This document shows, one piece after another, positions 62,905 through 64,000 of a stretch of 64,000 nucleotides of DNA. The DNA is from Egibacteraceae bacterium (GTDB taxonomy: Bacteria > Actinomycetota > Nitriliruptoria > Euzebyales > Egibacteraceae). The notes beneath the pieces are model-generated. The model searched no databases. It had not been told where the DNA came from and was given only the letters and a program-made list of their open reading frames with translations. The stretch spans positions 13,888 to 77,887 of the forward strand of contig JAWOAS010000138.1 of assembly GCA_046498405.1 (NCBI GenBank), read 5' to 3'. Position 1 is the first letter of the stretch; the number at the start of each line of letters is the position of its first letter. The position numbers and the translations under genes are program-made.

Positions 62905-63375
62905 CCGGCAGCCGCCGACGACACGCCGCAGGCTGGCGGCAGGCACGGCCGCACGCCGGTCCTCGACCCGATCGAGCGCCGGGTACCCGTCCCGGATCGG
63001 CCGCGCCTAGCACAGCCCAGACCCGGGCATCGCCCACCTCCCCCGGGGTGCTCGCCCACGCGCGTCCCCGTGGGCCGTGACCGGCGAGGGGAGCGTCGCG
63101 AGCAGCGCAGCGATCGCGAGCACGACGACGGCCCGGAGCCAGGGGGACGGCGCCGCGAGGCGCTGATGCCTGCGATGCCGTGCCACACCCCGCCCGGTCA
63201 TCCACGACGCGGGGGTCGGCGTCCCCACGCAGCGAGACCCGCCCCGCCTGATCACCCCGGTACGACACGCAGCCGGGTCGCACTGCCGGCAGGAGGTGAG
63301 GAACGCCTCAGGTCCCGCGGTTGGAAGGGCAGGGTGCCCGTGACCACGGGCGCGGCACCCGTAGGATCCCCGGTG

Positions 63376-64000
63376 ATGGCACGGCACCGCCACCACGCTG
63401 CGAGCCGGGCTGCCGCCGCCAGCGGCGGCGGCGTGTTCGTGCGCCCGCGCGAGACCACCCCACCTGGCGCCGGGGCTCTCCATGCCTCGGGCGAGCTCGC
63501 CCGCCGCGCCGAGGCCGCCCTCGACCTCCTCGCTCCCTGCACGGTCTGTCCGCGACCCTGCCGCGGCGTCGACCGCCTCGCCGACGAGGTCGGCGCGTGC
63601 CGCATCGGCCGCCACGCCCGCGTCGTCAGCGCCTTCGCCCACCCCGGCGAGGAGGATGTCCTGCGCGGCCACCGCGGCTCGGGGACGATCTTCTTCTCCG
63701 GCTGCAACCTGCGCTGCGTGTTCTGCCAGAACGCCGACATCAGCCAGCAGGCGGCCGGTCGGGAGGTCGGCCCGACCGAGCTCGCCGGGCTCATGCTCGA
63801 CCTCCAGGCCCAGGGCTGCCACAACCTCAACCTCGTCACCCCCGAGCACGTCGTGCCGCAGGTGCTCGAGGCCCTGCCGCACGCCATCGAGGGCGGCCTC
63901 GCCATCCCGATCGTCTCCAACACCAGCGCCTACGACGGGCCCGAGAGCCTCGCCCTGCTCGAAGGCGTCGTCGACGTCTACATGCCCGACCTCAAGCTGC
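63376..64000 (+). CDS. Radical SAM protein (PflX-like putative activating enzyme), 3' end outside the window
   Basis: Absent from the ORF track because it has no stop in the window. My hand translation from the ATG at 63376 gives ..CTVCPRPC..C.. then GTIFFSGCNLRCVFCQN (CxxxCxxC), HNLNLVTPEH and VYMPDLK. TAGGAT lies 8 nt upstream of the ATG and there is no SD. Confidence 0.8.
   Translation, partial: MARHRHHAASRAAAASGGGVFVRPRETTPPGAGALHASGELARRAEAALDLLAPCTVCPRPCRGVDRLADEVGACRIGRHARVVSAFAHPGEEDVLRGHRGSGTIFFSGCNLRCVFCQNADISQQAAGREVGPTELAGLMLDLQAQGCHNLNLVTPEHVVPQVLEALPHAIEGGLAIPIVSNTSAYDGPESLALLEGVVDVYMPDLKL

Noticed and set aside
63031-63085. 6C-RNA-like element (two hairpins with C-rich loops)
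   Set aside because: Only one convincing stem (63053-63074) could be drawn by hand, and the first hairpin does not pair well. It needs a covariance-model scan before any claim.
63007-63923. ORFs 63007..63882 (-) and 63252..63923 (-) as real genes
   Set aside because: From 63376 onward they are antisense to a radical-SAM CDS with an unmistakable CxxxCxxC motif. Only the 3' 195 nt (63007-63201) of the first remains as a weak small-ORF candidate.

Overview
Very GC-rich chromosomal window; in real reading frames, third codon positions are about 85-95% G/C in the stretches I counted by hand (no global count). Rpf, GlnR boxes, the SCO1664/DUF3090 cassette, Pmt and the lipoboxes point to Actinomycetota. 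I support about 63 CDSs, 2 tRNA genes and no rRNA, CRISPR, transposase or integrase. (1) 1-6.2 kb: an extracytoplasmic redox cluster. It holds a partial molybdopterin oxidoreductase, a tail-anchored FeS subunit, a cytochrome b, a tandem-rhodanese lipoprotein, an exported thioredoxin-fold protein, and an ArsR / ArsP-like permease / mini-thioredoxin operon. (2) 6.2-33.9 kb: mixed metabolism and signalling. Genes are arcA, NfeD-flotillin, fadA-fadB, PAS-GGDEF-EAL, ilvA, an AhpD-like protein plus the orphan actinobacterial SCO1664/DUF3090/phosphomutase cassette, fumC, a nitrobindin-like protein, glnB-glnD behind a double GlnR box, NYN-LOTUS coupled to an orphan NarL regulator, an atypical tRNA, a USP, a DUF77 / microprotein / Nudix::YjeF_N operon, and a three-gene GlpA-like flavoprotein set. 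(3) 33.9-62.9 kb: a housekeeping backbone (ppx, DUF501, ftsB-like, eno, mazG, mfd, pth, rplY, prs, glmU, tRNA-Gln, ispE, rsmA, rpfB-like, tatD, metG, rsmI, pmt). From memory it matches the M. tuberculosis Rv1002c-Rv1026 region, with small inserts. A partial radical-SAM gene runs off the 3' end. Most noteworthy: a well-folded 74-nt tRNA with anticodon UAA and a Leu-like D-arm but no long variable arm; two genes (glnD, rsmA) whose coding signal starts at a CTG overlapping the upstream TGA; the Nudix::YjeF_N fusion operon; a full a1-b1-a2-b2 GlnR site; and two perfect tandem-repeat arrays. I see no convincing defence or mobile system. All homology calls come from motif recognition by eye, not database searches.
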